Source: an uncultured Acidobacteriota bacterium (GTDB lineage: Bacteria > Acidobacteriota > Thermoanaerobaculia > UBA5066 > Gp7-AA6). From it: a stretch of DNA of 64,000 bases. The translations under genes were made by a program, and so were the position numbers. This document shows, piece by piece, positions 10,075-20,337 of this stretch. Location of the stretch: assembly GCA_963764715.1 (NCBI GenBank), contig CAVXTP010000015.1:32001-96000 (forward strand). Direction: 5' to 3'. How positions within the stretch are numbered: position 1 is the first letter of the stretch; the number at the start of each line of letters is the position of its first letter. The notes under the pieces were generated by a model that was not told where the DNA came from, did not search any database, and saw only the letters and a list, made by a program, of their open reading frames with translations.

Positions 10075-10096
10075 AGCGCGCCGTGGCGCGGCTTGA

Positions 10097-13000
10097 TTAG
10101 GGGCCGTAGAGAAGCAGGCCGAACGTCCTCGTCAGGAAGACCGCCATCTGCCCGCGGTTGTTGAGATTCGTCGGGCAGTAGAGGAGCGGGCTCGCCGAAC
10201 AGCCTCCCGTCACGGCCTCCGCGTAGAGCTGCTCCACCCAGTCGGCGAAGGTGCTCGGGCAGAGGACGTCGCCGAAGATCCCCGCGCAGGCCGGCGGAGA
10301 GTAGCCCGCCGGATGTTCCGCCTTGAGGAGAAAGACGGCCATCTGCTGGCGCGTCACGGCGTCGCCCGGGCAGTAGTTGCCGCCGCCGCAGCCGGCCGTG
10401 ACTCCCTCGACCGAGAGCTGCTCGATCCAGTCGGCGAAGGGCGAGGGGCACGGGACGTCGCCGAACACCCCCGCGCAGGCGGGAGGCGTGTAGGACGGGC
10501 CGTGCTTGGCCTTCAGCAGGAAGACGGCCATCTGATCCCGACGAACGGGACTCGACGGGCAATAGTTCCCACTCCCGCAGCCGTTCGTGACGCCGTTGTG
10601 GAAGATCCCCTCGATGAAGGAATAGAACGGGCTCGCCGGCGGAGCGTCGGCGAAGCTCCCGCCGACGTGCAGCGTCCAGGTCTTCGTCAGCCCCGTGGTG
10701 AGGGCTTCGTCGAACGTCGCGTCCCAGTGGCTCGCGGGCCTTGCGCCCGTCACCGACAGGACGTAGCAGTCGTGCGCGGCGGTCGCGCCGTAGCAGTCGG
10801 CCGTCATGCCGGGCGGGATCGTGGCGTAGTCGGCCGTGGCGTCGCCGATCGAATAGACGGGCCCCGCCGGGCCGGCAAAGCCCGACGCCGTCGCGGTGAA
10901 GGTCACCGGGGCGAGGAGCGTGTCCTTCCACGCGGGCTCGACCACGACCGACTCGCCGGACTCGAGCACACCGTTCCGGTTCGAGGTCGTTCCGGTGCCG
11001 TGGGCGTCGACTCGCATCGGCTGCGGCGCGCGCAGCTCCCCCCGCCGCGCGAATACGCCCGAAGCCGAGCCGTCCTGGCTGTAGTCCGTCCAGGCGACGA
11101 CGAAACGCCCGGCGTCGTTCAACGAGACCTCCGGACGTGCCTGCCCGCCCGCCGTGTACTCGTTCAACTGGAGCTCGGTTCCCACGGGACGCCCGGCGGA
11201 GTCGTAGTGCCGACCGAACACGCCGTAGCCCGAACCGTCCTCGAGCAGGCTCGTCCAGGCGACGACGAAGGTGCCCGAGGAGCTCATCGCGAGCCGGGGC
11301 CGGAGCTGGTCGTCGGCCGTCACGACGTTGATCGCGAAGCCGTCGTCGAGCGGGAGGCCGGCGGCATCGAAGCGGCGCCCGAAGATCCCGCTCCCTGAGC
11401 CGTCCTCGGAGCCGCTCGCCCAGGCGACGACGAACCGGCCGGCGGCGTCCATGCCGATGCTCGGATCGAGCTGCGCCCCGGTGGTGAACGCATTGACGGG
11501 GAACTCGCCGCCGATCGGCGATCCCGTGTCGTCGAACCGCTGCCCGGACACTCCCTCGAGCGACCCGTCCTCGGCGCTCGACCAGGCCGCGCTGAAGTTC
11601 CCCGAGGCGTTCATCGCCACTCCCGGCGGGCCGCCGGCGGCGGTCGACGTGCTGACGGTGATCTCGCCGCCCTGCGGTACCCCCAGCGGATCGAAGCGGC
11701 GCCCGACGACGCCCCGCGTCATGCCGAGCCCGTCGAAGGCCTGCCACACGACGACGAAGTCGCCGGCCCCGTTCCGGGCGACCTTCGGGAACGCCTCCAT
11801 CCCCGAGGTCGCGGTGCTGACCGGGAACTCGCCACCCTGCGGCGCACCCGCCGCGTTGAAGCGCCTCCCGACGATGCCGTCGCCGACCCAGGCCACGATG
11901 AAGTTTCCGAGACCGTCGACGCCGACGCTCGGATCGAGCTCGTTGCCGCCCGTAACGGGGTTGACCTGGAACTCGCCGCCGAGCGGGTCCCCGAAGGCGT
12001 CGTAGCGCTGGCCGAAGATGTCGCTGGCGGCTCCGAGCTGGCCGTTCGACCGCCAGACGATGACGTAGCGCCCTTCGGTATCCACGGCGACGCTCGGCGA
12101 ATACTGGTTGCCGGTCGTGTAGGTGTTGGCCTGGAACTCCGGACCCAGGGCGGGAATCAGGGCCTGCACCGTGAAGGCGATCGAGACGCAGGGCGAAAAC
12201 TGGGACGTCCGCTCGTAAGGATCGGTCGCCGTCGCCGTCAGCACGCCGGGAGCGCTCGCCGGCAGAGCGGCGGTGAACGTGCCGAGCCCCGTTCCGTCGG
12301 TCGTCACGGTGGCCGCGCCCAGGAAGATCTGGCCTTCGCCGCCTCCCGACGGGTCGCACGCCGGGCTCGCGAAGAACTCGATCCGGTAGGCGGCGTCGGC
12401 CGCACCCTGGAGGGATCCGCCGGCGAAGGTGCGAACCCCGTCGGACTCCGCGGACGAGAGCGCGGGAACGGGGCCGCCGGACTCGAGCCAGATGCCCAGC
12501 CCGCCGTTCGACCAGATGCTGTTCTGGGAAATCCGGGTTCCCGCCGACGGAGGGGCCGGAGGGGTGCTCACGAGGACACCGTCGCCGCCGTTGAAGGCGA
12601 CGACGTTCCCGACGACGACGGCGGACTGCACGACGGAGTCCACCACGATGCCCGGCCCGGTGTTGGGGATCGGGAGCGATCCCGTCGCGGTCGGTGCCGA
12701 CGAGGTTGCCCGCCACGACGTTGCCGGCGCCACCCACGTAGATCCCGAGGCCCTCGACGATCGTGCCGTTGCCCGAGACGAGATTCCCCTCGCCCGGACC
12801 GGTGCCGCCGATCAGGTTGCCGGCGCTCTCGACCAGAATGCCGCCGTTGTACATCGATCCCAGGGACGCCGTGCCCTGAGCGTTCGTGCCGACGTAGTTG
12901 CCCTGCACGACGTTGGAACCGAGCCCCGAGACGTACAGGACGCCCAGGTCGCCGCTGACGATCACGTTGCGGCTGGCGGGGTCGGGGCCTCCGACGACGT

Positions 13001-13586
13001 TGCCGCTGCCGCCGACCTCGAGGCCGGCCCGCGCGGGCGCGGCGATCATCCCCGTCGGGTCGGTTCCGATGAAGTTTCCCGCGATGGTGTTCGCGGAGCC
13101 ATAGAAGGCGATACAGGCCTCGATCCCGTAGCGGTTGACGACGAGCCCGCGGACCGTGTTGTTGTCCGAGAACGCGGTGATGAGGCCGGCGAAGCCCGAC
13201 GGGATGTCGGAGCCATCGACCTCGACGAGAAGGTGGGCGTCGTTGCCGCGGGCGAGGGTGTTCGGCGTCGCGCCCGGCTGCGTGTAGCCGTCGATGACGA
13301 CTCCGGCGTTGTCATCCAGAGAGGGAAGGTTCGACGTCGGCCGGATCGTGCGGACCCCGGCGCCCGAAAGGTTGAAGTGGATCGCGTCGGCACCGGGATG
13401 GACGTTGGCGTAGGTGATTGCGTCGCGCAGCGTGCAGGTCCCCGTGCCGCTCGTCGCGCAACCCGGACTGTGCAGCGCATCGCCGGCGTCGTTGACCACG
13501 ACGGTGGCGGCGTTCAGCGTTCGTCCGCCCAGCGACAGCGCCAGGGCCGCCCGGAACAGGACAGGACCCATTCGCCGTACGATCAT
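10097..13586 (-). CDS. Large surface protein: CSLREA-like N-terminus, beta-helix, repeated EFQVN..FVVAW units, C-terminal S-layer-homology-like repeats; apparent +1 frameshift near 12690
   Basis: CTLRDAI, repeated GNFIGT motifs in ORF 9852-13586, continuing in ORF 10097-12733 with GVTAGC..YCP..TRQQMAVFL repeats. Confidence 0.8.
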
Positions 13587-13644
13587 TCGCGGCCCTCTTC
13601 GTCGGTGTTTGCCGCGGCCATCATACGCGGCCTGAGCCGATCGG

Positions 13645-15681
13645 TCAGGGGTTCGTTTCGCGGCGCCGGTACTCCTCGAGGCTCTTCCGGTCGGTGACGT
13701 CGCGACAGACCGCCAGGGCGGCGAGCGTGCGGCCGAAGTCGTCGTAGAGCGGCACGATCGTCGTGTCGACCACGCCGGCGGTGCCGTCCTTGCGGACGAA
13801 CCGCATCTCCCCGCTCCAGCGACCGTCGCGGCGCATCGTCCCGAGAAGCTCCCGGGCCGTGGTCGTCACGTCCGCCGGCCGCAGCACGTCGGGGGTCTTG
13901 CCGAGCATCTCGTCCTGCACATACCCGAACATCTTCTCGGCGCCCGGGTTCCAGTCGACGATCCGCGCCTCGAGGTCCATCGTGATGACGGCGTCGGAGA
14001 TGTGGTCGAACGCGCGCGCGTGCCGGCGGATCGTGTCTTCCATCAGGCGCAGCCGCGTCACGTCGTGGAAGCTCCACACGCGTCCGACCGTCTTTCCCCC
14101 GATCTTCTGGGGCGAGGAGTAGCGTTCGAACATCCGGCCGTCCTTGAACTCCAGCCAGTCGTAGCTCTTGGCCTCGGGCTCGTCGTAGAGCTCGCGGACC
14201 TTCTTGACGAAGCGGTCCGGATCGCGGAGCTGATCGACCACGAACTCGATCGCGCGGGTGTCGTCGCGCGAGGCGATCACGTCGGCCGGGAGTCGCCACA
14301 TGTCGACGAACTTCTTGTTGAAGCTGACGATCCGGCCTTCCCGGTCGACGACCAGGATCCCGTCGGCCGTCGCCTCGAGCGTGGCCTTCAGCAGCGAGAG
14401 CGTCTCCTCGATCTCCTCCCCCCGTTGCGTGCGGTCGGTGACGTCCCGGAAGCTCCAGACGCGGCCGACGGTCCGGCCGTCGACGACCTGGGGCAGCGAG
14501 TCGCGCTCGATCAGGCGGCCGTCGGAGAGCTCGACGACGTCGTGGCTCGCGGCGGAGGGCTGCGCGTAGACGGTCATGACCTTCTTGACGAAAGCGGCGG
14601 GGTCGCGCAGCTTCCCGAGGACGAAGGCGAGCGCCTGGTTCTCGTCGCGGCTCGCGGCGACGTCTTCCGGGATGCCCCACATCTCCACGAAGCGCCGGTT
14701 GAAGTGCACCATCCGGCCGTTGGCGTCGACGACGAGGATGCCGTCGGCCGTCGCGTCCACGGTCGCCTTCAGGAGCGCGACCGAGCGTTCCAGCTCCGCC
14801 TGCGCCGCCTTGTGCTCGGTGACGTCGAACGCGACGCCCACGACGCCCCGGATGCCTCCGTCGGTGTCGTGCTGCGGCTCGACGTGCGACTGGAAGGCCC
14901 GCCCGTTCCACTCGATCTCGTAGGTCACCGACTCGCCCGCGAGCGCTCGCCGGTGGGCGGCGATCGGCAGGAACTCCGGGTCGGTCGTCTTGAAGTAGGC
15001 GAAGAGGCTCATCCCCAGAATGTCGTCCGGAACGCCGAGCGCCTTGCGGCCGGCGCCCATGCTCGCCGTGAAGCGCAGTTCGCGGTCGGTCGTCCAGAAG
15101 ACGCCCGGAAGCTCCGACGCCACGACCCGCAGGGCCTCCTCGCGACCGTAGATGACCTCGCCGGCCTCGGCGCGCTCGGCCTCCATGGTCCGCCGCAGCT
15201 CGAGCTGGGCCACCACTTGCCGCGAGAGTGCGCGCAGGGCGCCGGCCTGCGCGTCCGAGAGCGTGCGGGGGCGGCGGTCCATCACGCACAGCGTGCCGAT
15301 CGCATGGCCCTCCGGGCTCACGAGCGGCGCGCCAGCGTAGAAGCGGATTCCGTCGTCCTTGACGAGGGGATTGCCCGCGAAGCGCGGGTCCACGGAGGCG
15401 TCGGGGACGACGAAGAGCTCGTGGCCCAGGATCGCGTGCGCGCAGAAGGCGATCTCGCGCGGCGTCTCGGTTCGGTCGAAGTTGACCCGGGACTTGAACC
15501 ACTGCCGCGTGCCGTCGACGAGGGACACGAGCGCCACCGGCGTTCCGCAGATCTGCGACGCGAGCAGGGCCAGGTCGTCGAACGCGGCCTCGCCCGGAGT
15601 ATCGAGCACGCCGTAGCGCTCGAGGGCCGCGAGCCTCTCGGGCTCGGTCTCGGGAAGCGGCGCCTTCAGGACCTGGGTCAT
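13645..15681 (-). CDS. GAF plus four PAS-domain sensor protein with no output domain (start 15681 or 15711)
   Basis: EPERLAALERY..FCAHAI..IRFYAGAPL..GTLCVMD GAF; four PAS repeats ending DVTE/DVTD/DVTR; stop soon after the last PAS. Confidence 0.85.
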   Translation of the reverse strand: MTQVLKAPLPETEPERLAALERYGVLDTPGEAAFDDLALLASQICGTPVALVSLVDGTRQWFKSRVNFDRTETPREIAFCAHAILGHELFVVPDASVDPRFAGNPLVKDDGIRFYAGAPLVSPEGHAIGTLCVMDRRPRTLSDAQAGALRALSRQVVAQLELRRTMEAERAEAGEVIYGREEALRVVASELPGVFWTTDRELRFTASMGAGRKALGVPDDILGMSLFAYFKTTDPEFLPIAAHRRALAGESVTYEIEWNGRAFQSHVEPQHDTDGGIRGVVGVAFDVTEHKAAQAELERSVALLKATVDATADGILVVDANGRMVHFNRRFVEMWGIPEDVAASRDENQALAFVLGKLRDPAAFVKKVMTVYAQPSAASHDVVELSDGRLIERDSLPQVVDGRTVGRVWSFRDVTDRTQRGEEIEETLSLLKATLEATADGILVVDREGRIVSFNKKFVDMWRLPADVIASRDDTRAIEFVVDQLRDPDRFVKKVRELYDEPEAKSYDWLEFKDGRMFERYSSPQKIGGKTVGRVWSFHDVTRLRLMEDTIRRHARAFDHISDAVITMDLEARIVDWNPGAEKMFGYVQDEMLGKTPDVLRPADVTTTARELLGTMRRDGRWSGEMRFVRKDGTAGVVDTTIVPLYDDFGRTLAALAVCRDVTDRKSLEEYRRRETNP

Positions 15682-15755
15682 CTTGTGCTCGGTGGAGAGG
15701 GAGGCGATCATAAAGCAGATTGCGGGCGGCAGACGGCGGACCGCGGAGGGCCACC

Positions 15756-15783
15756 GCTTACTGCTTACTGCTTATTGCTTACC
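15756..15783. repeat. Heptamer tandem repeat, consensus GCTTACT x4
   Basis: GCTTACT GCTTACT GCTTATT GCTTACC; contains the M61 gene stop. Confidence 0.8.
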
Positions 15784-17894
15784 GGCACCAAGGGCTTCCC
15801 GATCGCCGACAACAGGTCGGGCCGGGACGACTCCCGGACGAGCACCGGATACCGCTCTCCCCGGTGGTAGTCGGCCCGGCACACCTTGTACACGTCGGCG
15901 TTTTCCACGAGGAGCTCGATCGGCTCGGTCCCGCTCTTCGCGAGTCGCAGGGCGTCCCGCAGCCGGCGGCTGGTGTATCGGCGGCCCTCGACGGCGAGGA
16001 GCTTCATCCCGGCGCCCACGCCGGCCTGCGCCGCGGGCATCCCGGGAACGACGTCCGTGATGAGGCCGGGGCCGGCCGTGCCGTCCCCCTGCACCATGAT
16101 CCCGAGCGACTGCCAGAAATCGTAAGTCTCGGTCTCGTCCTCCTCGGCGAGGACCAGGGCCGGCGGCACGTCGGTGAAGCCCAGCTTCCAGCCGGCGTTC
16201 TCGAGGCCGCCCATCGGCGCGCGGGGCGCCACGTCGTACACGCGCTCGCGGAAGAATCCGGCCCAGTCGTTGGGCCAGACGGAGTTCAAGGCGGCATAGA
16301 CGTCTTCGGCCGTATAGGTTCGGACGTCCGACGCGCCGCCCGGCCCGCCGTGAAACGCCCGCACGAAGTCGTCGAGTGACTTCTTCCCTCCCGACTTGGA
16401 GCGGATCAGGACGTCGGCTTCGAGCCACACGAGCGCGCCCTCGGAGTAGAAATCCACGCCGCGCCGCCAGGAGGCGCCGTCGGGACGCCCGTCGTAAAGC
16501 AGCTGTGCGGCGACGGCCGTGTCGGCGAGCGGGCGCCACGCGCGCCCGGTCTGGCGGTCCATCCGCGCCGCGAAGAGGGCGAGCGCTTCCCGGAACTGAG
16601 CCGGCGTGCGCAGGCCGGACCGGGCGCCGAGCACCTCCCCGTAGTACTCCGTCAGGCCTTCGTAGACCCACAGCAGCTCGCTGTCGACCGGCGCCTGGTA
16701 GTCGTCGGTGACGCCCGAGACGAGGCCCGCCGGCGAGCGGAACTTTCCGTTCCAGGAATGAACGTACTCGTGGGACAGGAGCGTTCCGAGGTAGCGGCGG
16801 GCCGACTCGTCGATGAGCGCGCGCTCCGCCGCCCGGTTGTCGCTCGACTCGTGGTGCTCGAGGCCGTTGGAGGGAAAGAGGTCGGTCAGGGCGAGCAGAA
16901 GGTGATAGCTGCGATAGTGGCGCGTGCCGAAGAGCGCCTGCGCCTCGGCCACCAGGCGCCGGTAGTGCGCGACGTCCTCGTCCGGGATCGCGATCGATGC
17001 CGCGCCGTCGCCGGCGACGTCGAGGAAGTGACCGACCTTCTCGCCGGGCGAGAGGTCGATCGACCGGAAGTACTGGCCGACGAGGACGGGCGAGTCGATC
17101 AGCGTCACGAGCGAGGCGGGCGCGAAACTGACCGTGTCGCCCGCGGCCCGCTCGACGGGGAGCGCCGTGCCGAACTTCCAGCCCGCGGGAAGCGTCAGGG
17201 TCGGCCGGAACGTCGTGGCGTTCGCCGCGGGCCCCCGCGGGTACAGCATCACCGACCACCAGTTGACGTAACCGACGCGGGCGGTCGCCGTCGTGTACGC
17301 CGAGAGAGACGCGAGATAGTCGAAGGACACCTCGAGCGTCGAGACGTCCCCCGGCACCACGAGCTCGAAGTTCCACATCTCCTTCGGAGAACGCTTCCAG
17401 GGGACCGGCCGGCCCGCCGCGGTGATGGCGAGGCCCGTGAGGTCGGTGATCGGACCCGCCGCGGAGTGCTCGCCCGGAATCCACTTCGGATAGGCGAGCG
17501 TCAGGGGTCCCGGCGTGACCGGGATCGTCTCGCGCACCCGGAAGATCCGCCGCGGCGCGTCGCTCGCGTCGACCGAGAGCGCGATCGGCTGAGCGATCGA
17601 CCCGGCCGCCGCCACGAGCATCAAGGCCAGGGTCAGCCCTGAAAGAATGAACTTTGGCCGTAACCCACTGGATGATCTGACTTTGCGGGCGACAACCGGG
17701 GTAACCGGCTGGCCCAGCCAGGGGGAGCTTCCCTCCCCGTCCACTGGCGGGAAAACCGCCGTTCGTCGGCTAACCTCTGTTGCGACAAGAGCTTCGTTAT
17801 CGATGGTTCCTGTCTCCCGGGCGACCCAATCTTTCAGACTTTCAGGGCTGACCCCAAGTTTCAGACTGTCAGGGCTGACCCCGGGCTTATTCAT
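15765..17894 (-). CDS. M61 family (glycyl aminopeptidase-like) metallopeptidase with PDZ domain; repeat element in frame at N-terminus
   Basis: PKWIPG, LIDSP, GLEH, HEYVHSWNGK, LWVYEGLTEYY; C-terminal PDZ (GMPAAQAGV); AGGAG before ATG 17894. Confidence 0.85.
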   Translation of the reverse strand: MNKPGVSPDSLKLGVSPESLKDWVARETGTIDNEALVATEVSRRTAVFPPVDGEGSSPWLGQPVTPVVARKVRSSSGLRPKFILSGLTLALMLVAAAGSIAQPIALSVDASDAPRRIFRVRETIPVTPGPLTLAYPKWIPGEHSAAGPITDLTGLAITAAGRPVPWKRSPKEMWNFELVVPGDVSTLEVSFDYLASLSAYTTATARVGYVNWWSVMLYPRGPAANATTFRPTLTLPAGWKFGTALPVERAAGDTVSFAPASLVTLIDSPVLVGQYFRSIDLSPGEKVGHFLDVAGDGAASIAIPDEDVAHYRRLVAEAQALFGTRHYRSYHLLLALTDLFPSNGLEHHESSDNRAAERALIDESARRYLGTLLSHEYVHSWNGKFRSPAGLVSGVTDDYQAPVDSELLWVYEGLTEYYGEVLGARSGLRTPAQFREALALFAARMDRQTGRAWRPLADTAVAAQLLYDGRPDGASWRRGVDFYSEGALVWLEADVLIRSKSGGKKSLDDFVRAFHGGPGGASDVRTYTAEDVYAALNSVWPNDWAGFFRERVYDVAPRAPMGGLENAGWKLGFTDVPPALVLAEEDETETYDFWQSLGIMVQGDGTAGPGLITDVVPGMPAAQAGVGAGMKLLAVEGRRYTSRRLRDALRLAKSGTEPIELLVENADVYKVCRADYHRGERYPVLVRESSRPDLLSAIGKPLVPVSNKQ
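17630..17882. repeat. GGGGTCAG-terminal inverted-repeat element (MITE/REP-like)
   Basis: 16-bp IR GGGTCAGCCCTGAAAG (17630-17645) / CTTTCAGGGCTGACCC (17839-17854); the right arm is tandemly duplicated with a 27-bp period. Confidence 0.7.
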
Positions 17895-19170
17895 TGACGC
17901 TCCTGTCGGTCCAGTCGTCAGCGGCCTCGGGCGAGGGGTAGGCGCGCGTCAGGATCGGGGTCGTGATGACGGTGGTGAACAGGGCCATCGCCACGAGCCA
18001 GAAGAAGGCCGCCGGAGGGATCACGCCCATGTCGGCGCCGATGTTGATGACGACGAGCGCCATCAGCGCCCGCGTATTCATGAGGAGGCCGATCGCGAGC
18101 GACTCTTTCCACGGCAGGCCGGAGCCGCGCGCGGCGAGCGCGGTCGCGCCGAATTTCGACGCGCAGGAGACCGCGATGACCGCCGCGAGCGCCAGCCACA
18201 GGCGCGGATCCGACCCGAGCGAGCCGATGTCCGTGCGCAGTCCCGAGAACACGAAGAAGATCGGCAGGAAGAGCACCGACACGAGGTCCCCGATCGAGTG
18301 GCGCACCGCCTCCGTCAGCTCCCGGTTGAACGAGCCCGCGATGCCGCAGAGGAACCCGCCGAAGATCGAGAAGACGCCGAGCGCGTTCGTCACCGTTGCG
18401 GAGAGGAAGACGACCACGAGGACGGCCGCGAGCTGGCCCGCCGACAGTCCGCCCGTGGGCGTGCGCCGCACCCTCAGCCTCGCCATGCCGTAGCGGCCGA
18501 CCGCCCAGAACGCGACGGAAAGCACCGTCACGCCGGCGAACGACCGGGCGAGCGACGCGAGGTCCGCCTTCCCGTGCGTGACCATCGAGACGACGGCGCC
18601 GAGCAGGATCCACCCCAGCACGTCGTCGATCGCCGCGGCGGTGATCGAGGTCAGGCCCATCCGCGTTCGCGTCAGGCGCGTATGGATCAGGATCCGCCCC
18701 ATGATCGGGATCGCCGTGATCGATACGGCCGTCGCGAAGAAGAGGCGGTACGCGAGCTCCGGCGCAGCGACCGGCGCGATCCGGTAGAGCCAGCCCGCCA
18801 GCGCGTAGCTCGAGGCGAAGGGCACGGCGATGCCGGCCATCGCGACCGCCGTCGAGGCGCGGGCCGCGTGCTTCAGGCGCTCGAACGGGAACTCGAGGCC
18901 GATCAGGAACATCAGGAGCACGAGGCCGATCTGCGCGATCGCCGACAGGACCGACGACGCCTTCGGCGTCAGCATCGTCGCGATCGCGGCCGGATAGAGC
19001 CGGCCGAGGAGCGAGGGCCCGAGGATGACGCCCGCGAGGATCTCGCCGACGACGGGCGGCTGACCGACCTTCCCGAAGAGCCAGCCCGACACGCGGGCGG
19101 CGCCGATGATGATGGCGAGGTCCGCGCAGAGCAGAAGCAGGGTCTGTTCGAGCGCCAGATACGAGTCCAC
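17887..19170 (-). CDS. Cation:proton antiporter (CPA2 family)
   Basis: GQPPVVGEILAGVILGPS, SITAIP, AAAIDDVLGW, GLLMNTR. Confidence 0.9.
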   Translation of the reverse strand: MDSYLALEQTLLLLCADLAIIIGAARVSGWLFGKVGQPPVVGEILAGVILGPSLLGRLYPAAIATMLTPKASSVLSAIAQIGLVLLMFLIGLEFPFERLKHAARASTAVAMAGIAVPFASSYALAGWLYRIAPVAAPELAYRLFFATAVSITAIPIMGRILIHTRLTRTRMGLTSITAAAIDDVLGWILLGAVVSMVTHGKADLASLARSFAGVTVLSVAFWAVGRYGMARLRVRRTPTGGLSAGQLAAVLVVVFLSATVTNALGVFSIFGGFLCGIAGSFNRELTEAVRHSIGDLVSVLFLPIFFVFSGLRTDIGSLGSDPRLWLALAAVIAVSCASKFGATALAARGSGLPWKESLAIGLLMNTRALMALVVINIGADMGVIPPAAFFWLVAMALFTTVITTPILTRAYPSPEAADDWTDRSVNE

Positions 19171-19182
19171 GACGCTCCTGCC

Positions 19183-20337
19183 CTACGGCGCCGCGGGGGC
19201 GGGCGCCGCCGTCGCCGCGAGCCGCTCCTTGATCGACCTGGACAGGGGCACCAGCCCGCTGCCCTTCACGCTCGCAGCTTGCTCGTACGCCTCGAAGAAC
19301 GCGCGGGGCCCGCCCGCGAGCGCGGCCCGGTAGGCCTCGAGGCCCGAAGCCTGGATGATCCCGTCGGCCAGGAAGGCGCCGGCCGGTCCCGCCACCCGCG
19401 CGGCGAAGTCGGGCTTCTTGATCTCGGCGGCGACCTCCATGCGGGCGTCGAGATCCGCCTCCGCCGACAGGAGCCGGTCCGCCACGCGGTTCACGTCGTC
19501 GATCGAGGACTTCATCGGCTCGCGCAGCCACACCGACAGCGGAAAGAAATTCTCGTCGATGCTGTAGATGGCGACCGGCCCGGCGTCGGCCACGGCCAGC
19601 AGGAGCGGCTCGAGCTGGCCGAGCGTCGCATCGTGCCGGTTCCACGCGGGGCTCCCGGCGCGGTACTCGGCCCACGCGCGCTGGTACGCCTCGCTCGCCA
19701 TGAGCCGCGACAGGTGCTTGATCTGGTCGGCCGGCGTGGAGGTCTCGACGTCCGAGAGCGCCCGCGCCAGGTCCACGACGACGCCCCACTCGGCGCCGCC
19801 GGCGCCCTGCACCAGGATGTGGTCCGCCCGCCCCGGCAGGCCGAAGGTCAGGAAGAAGGGCAGCGTCACCGAGACGACGCGGTCGGCCGGAAGAAGCGCC
19901 CGGGCCCGGTCCGACGTGAGCTTCGCGAGCTCGACTTCGCGTGTCGAGATCATCGCGATCAGGTCCTCCCAGCGGGCGTTGTCCTCCCGGATCTTCCGGA
20001 AGTCGAACACCGCGATCCGCGTCTGCTCGTCGAAGGCGGCGGCGAGATCCCGCTCGAAGGTCTCGGGCGGCCGGTTGGACTCGCGGATCGCATACTCGAC
20101 CGCGGGAACGGTCTCGAGCTGCTTCGCGTCGGCCGAGGAGAACGAGGGACGGACGAGGAGCGCCAGGATCTCGCGGGCCGCGCGCATGTCGATCGTGACC
20201 CGGACGGTGCCGCTCGCGACGGGCGGCAGATCGTAGGGCGCCCGCGACGCGCCGCCCGGAGGGGCGGTGAACGGAGGCGGACCCGGGGCCGCGGCGCAGC
20301 CGGCGCAGAGCAGCACGGCGGCGACGAGCCGCTTCAT
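19183..20337 (-). CDS. Putative lipoprotein of unknown function
   Basis: MKRLVAAVLLCAGC lipobox-like signal; 384 aa ORF coupled to neighbours. Confidence 0.65.
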   Translation of the reverse strand: MKRLVAAVLLCAGCAAAPGPPPFTAPPGGASRAPYDLPPVASGTVRVTIDMRAAREILALLVRPSFSSADAKQLETVPAVEYAIRESNRPPETFERDLAAAFDEQTRIAVFDFRKIREDNARWEDLIAMISTREVELAKLTSDRARALLPADRVVSVTLPFFLTFGLPGRADHILVQGAGGAEWGVVVDLARALSDVETSTPADQIKHLSRLMASEAYQRAWAEYRAGSPAWNRHDATLGQLEPLLLAVADAGPVAIYSIDENFFPLSVWLREPMKSSIDDVNRVADRLLSAEADLDARMEVAAEIKKPDFAARVAGPAGAFLADGIIQASGLEAYRAALAGGPRAFFEAYEQAASVKGSGLVPLSRSIKERLAATAAPAPAAP

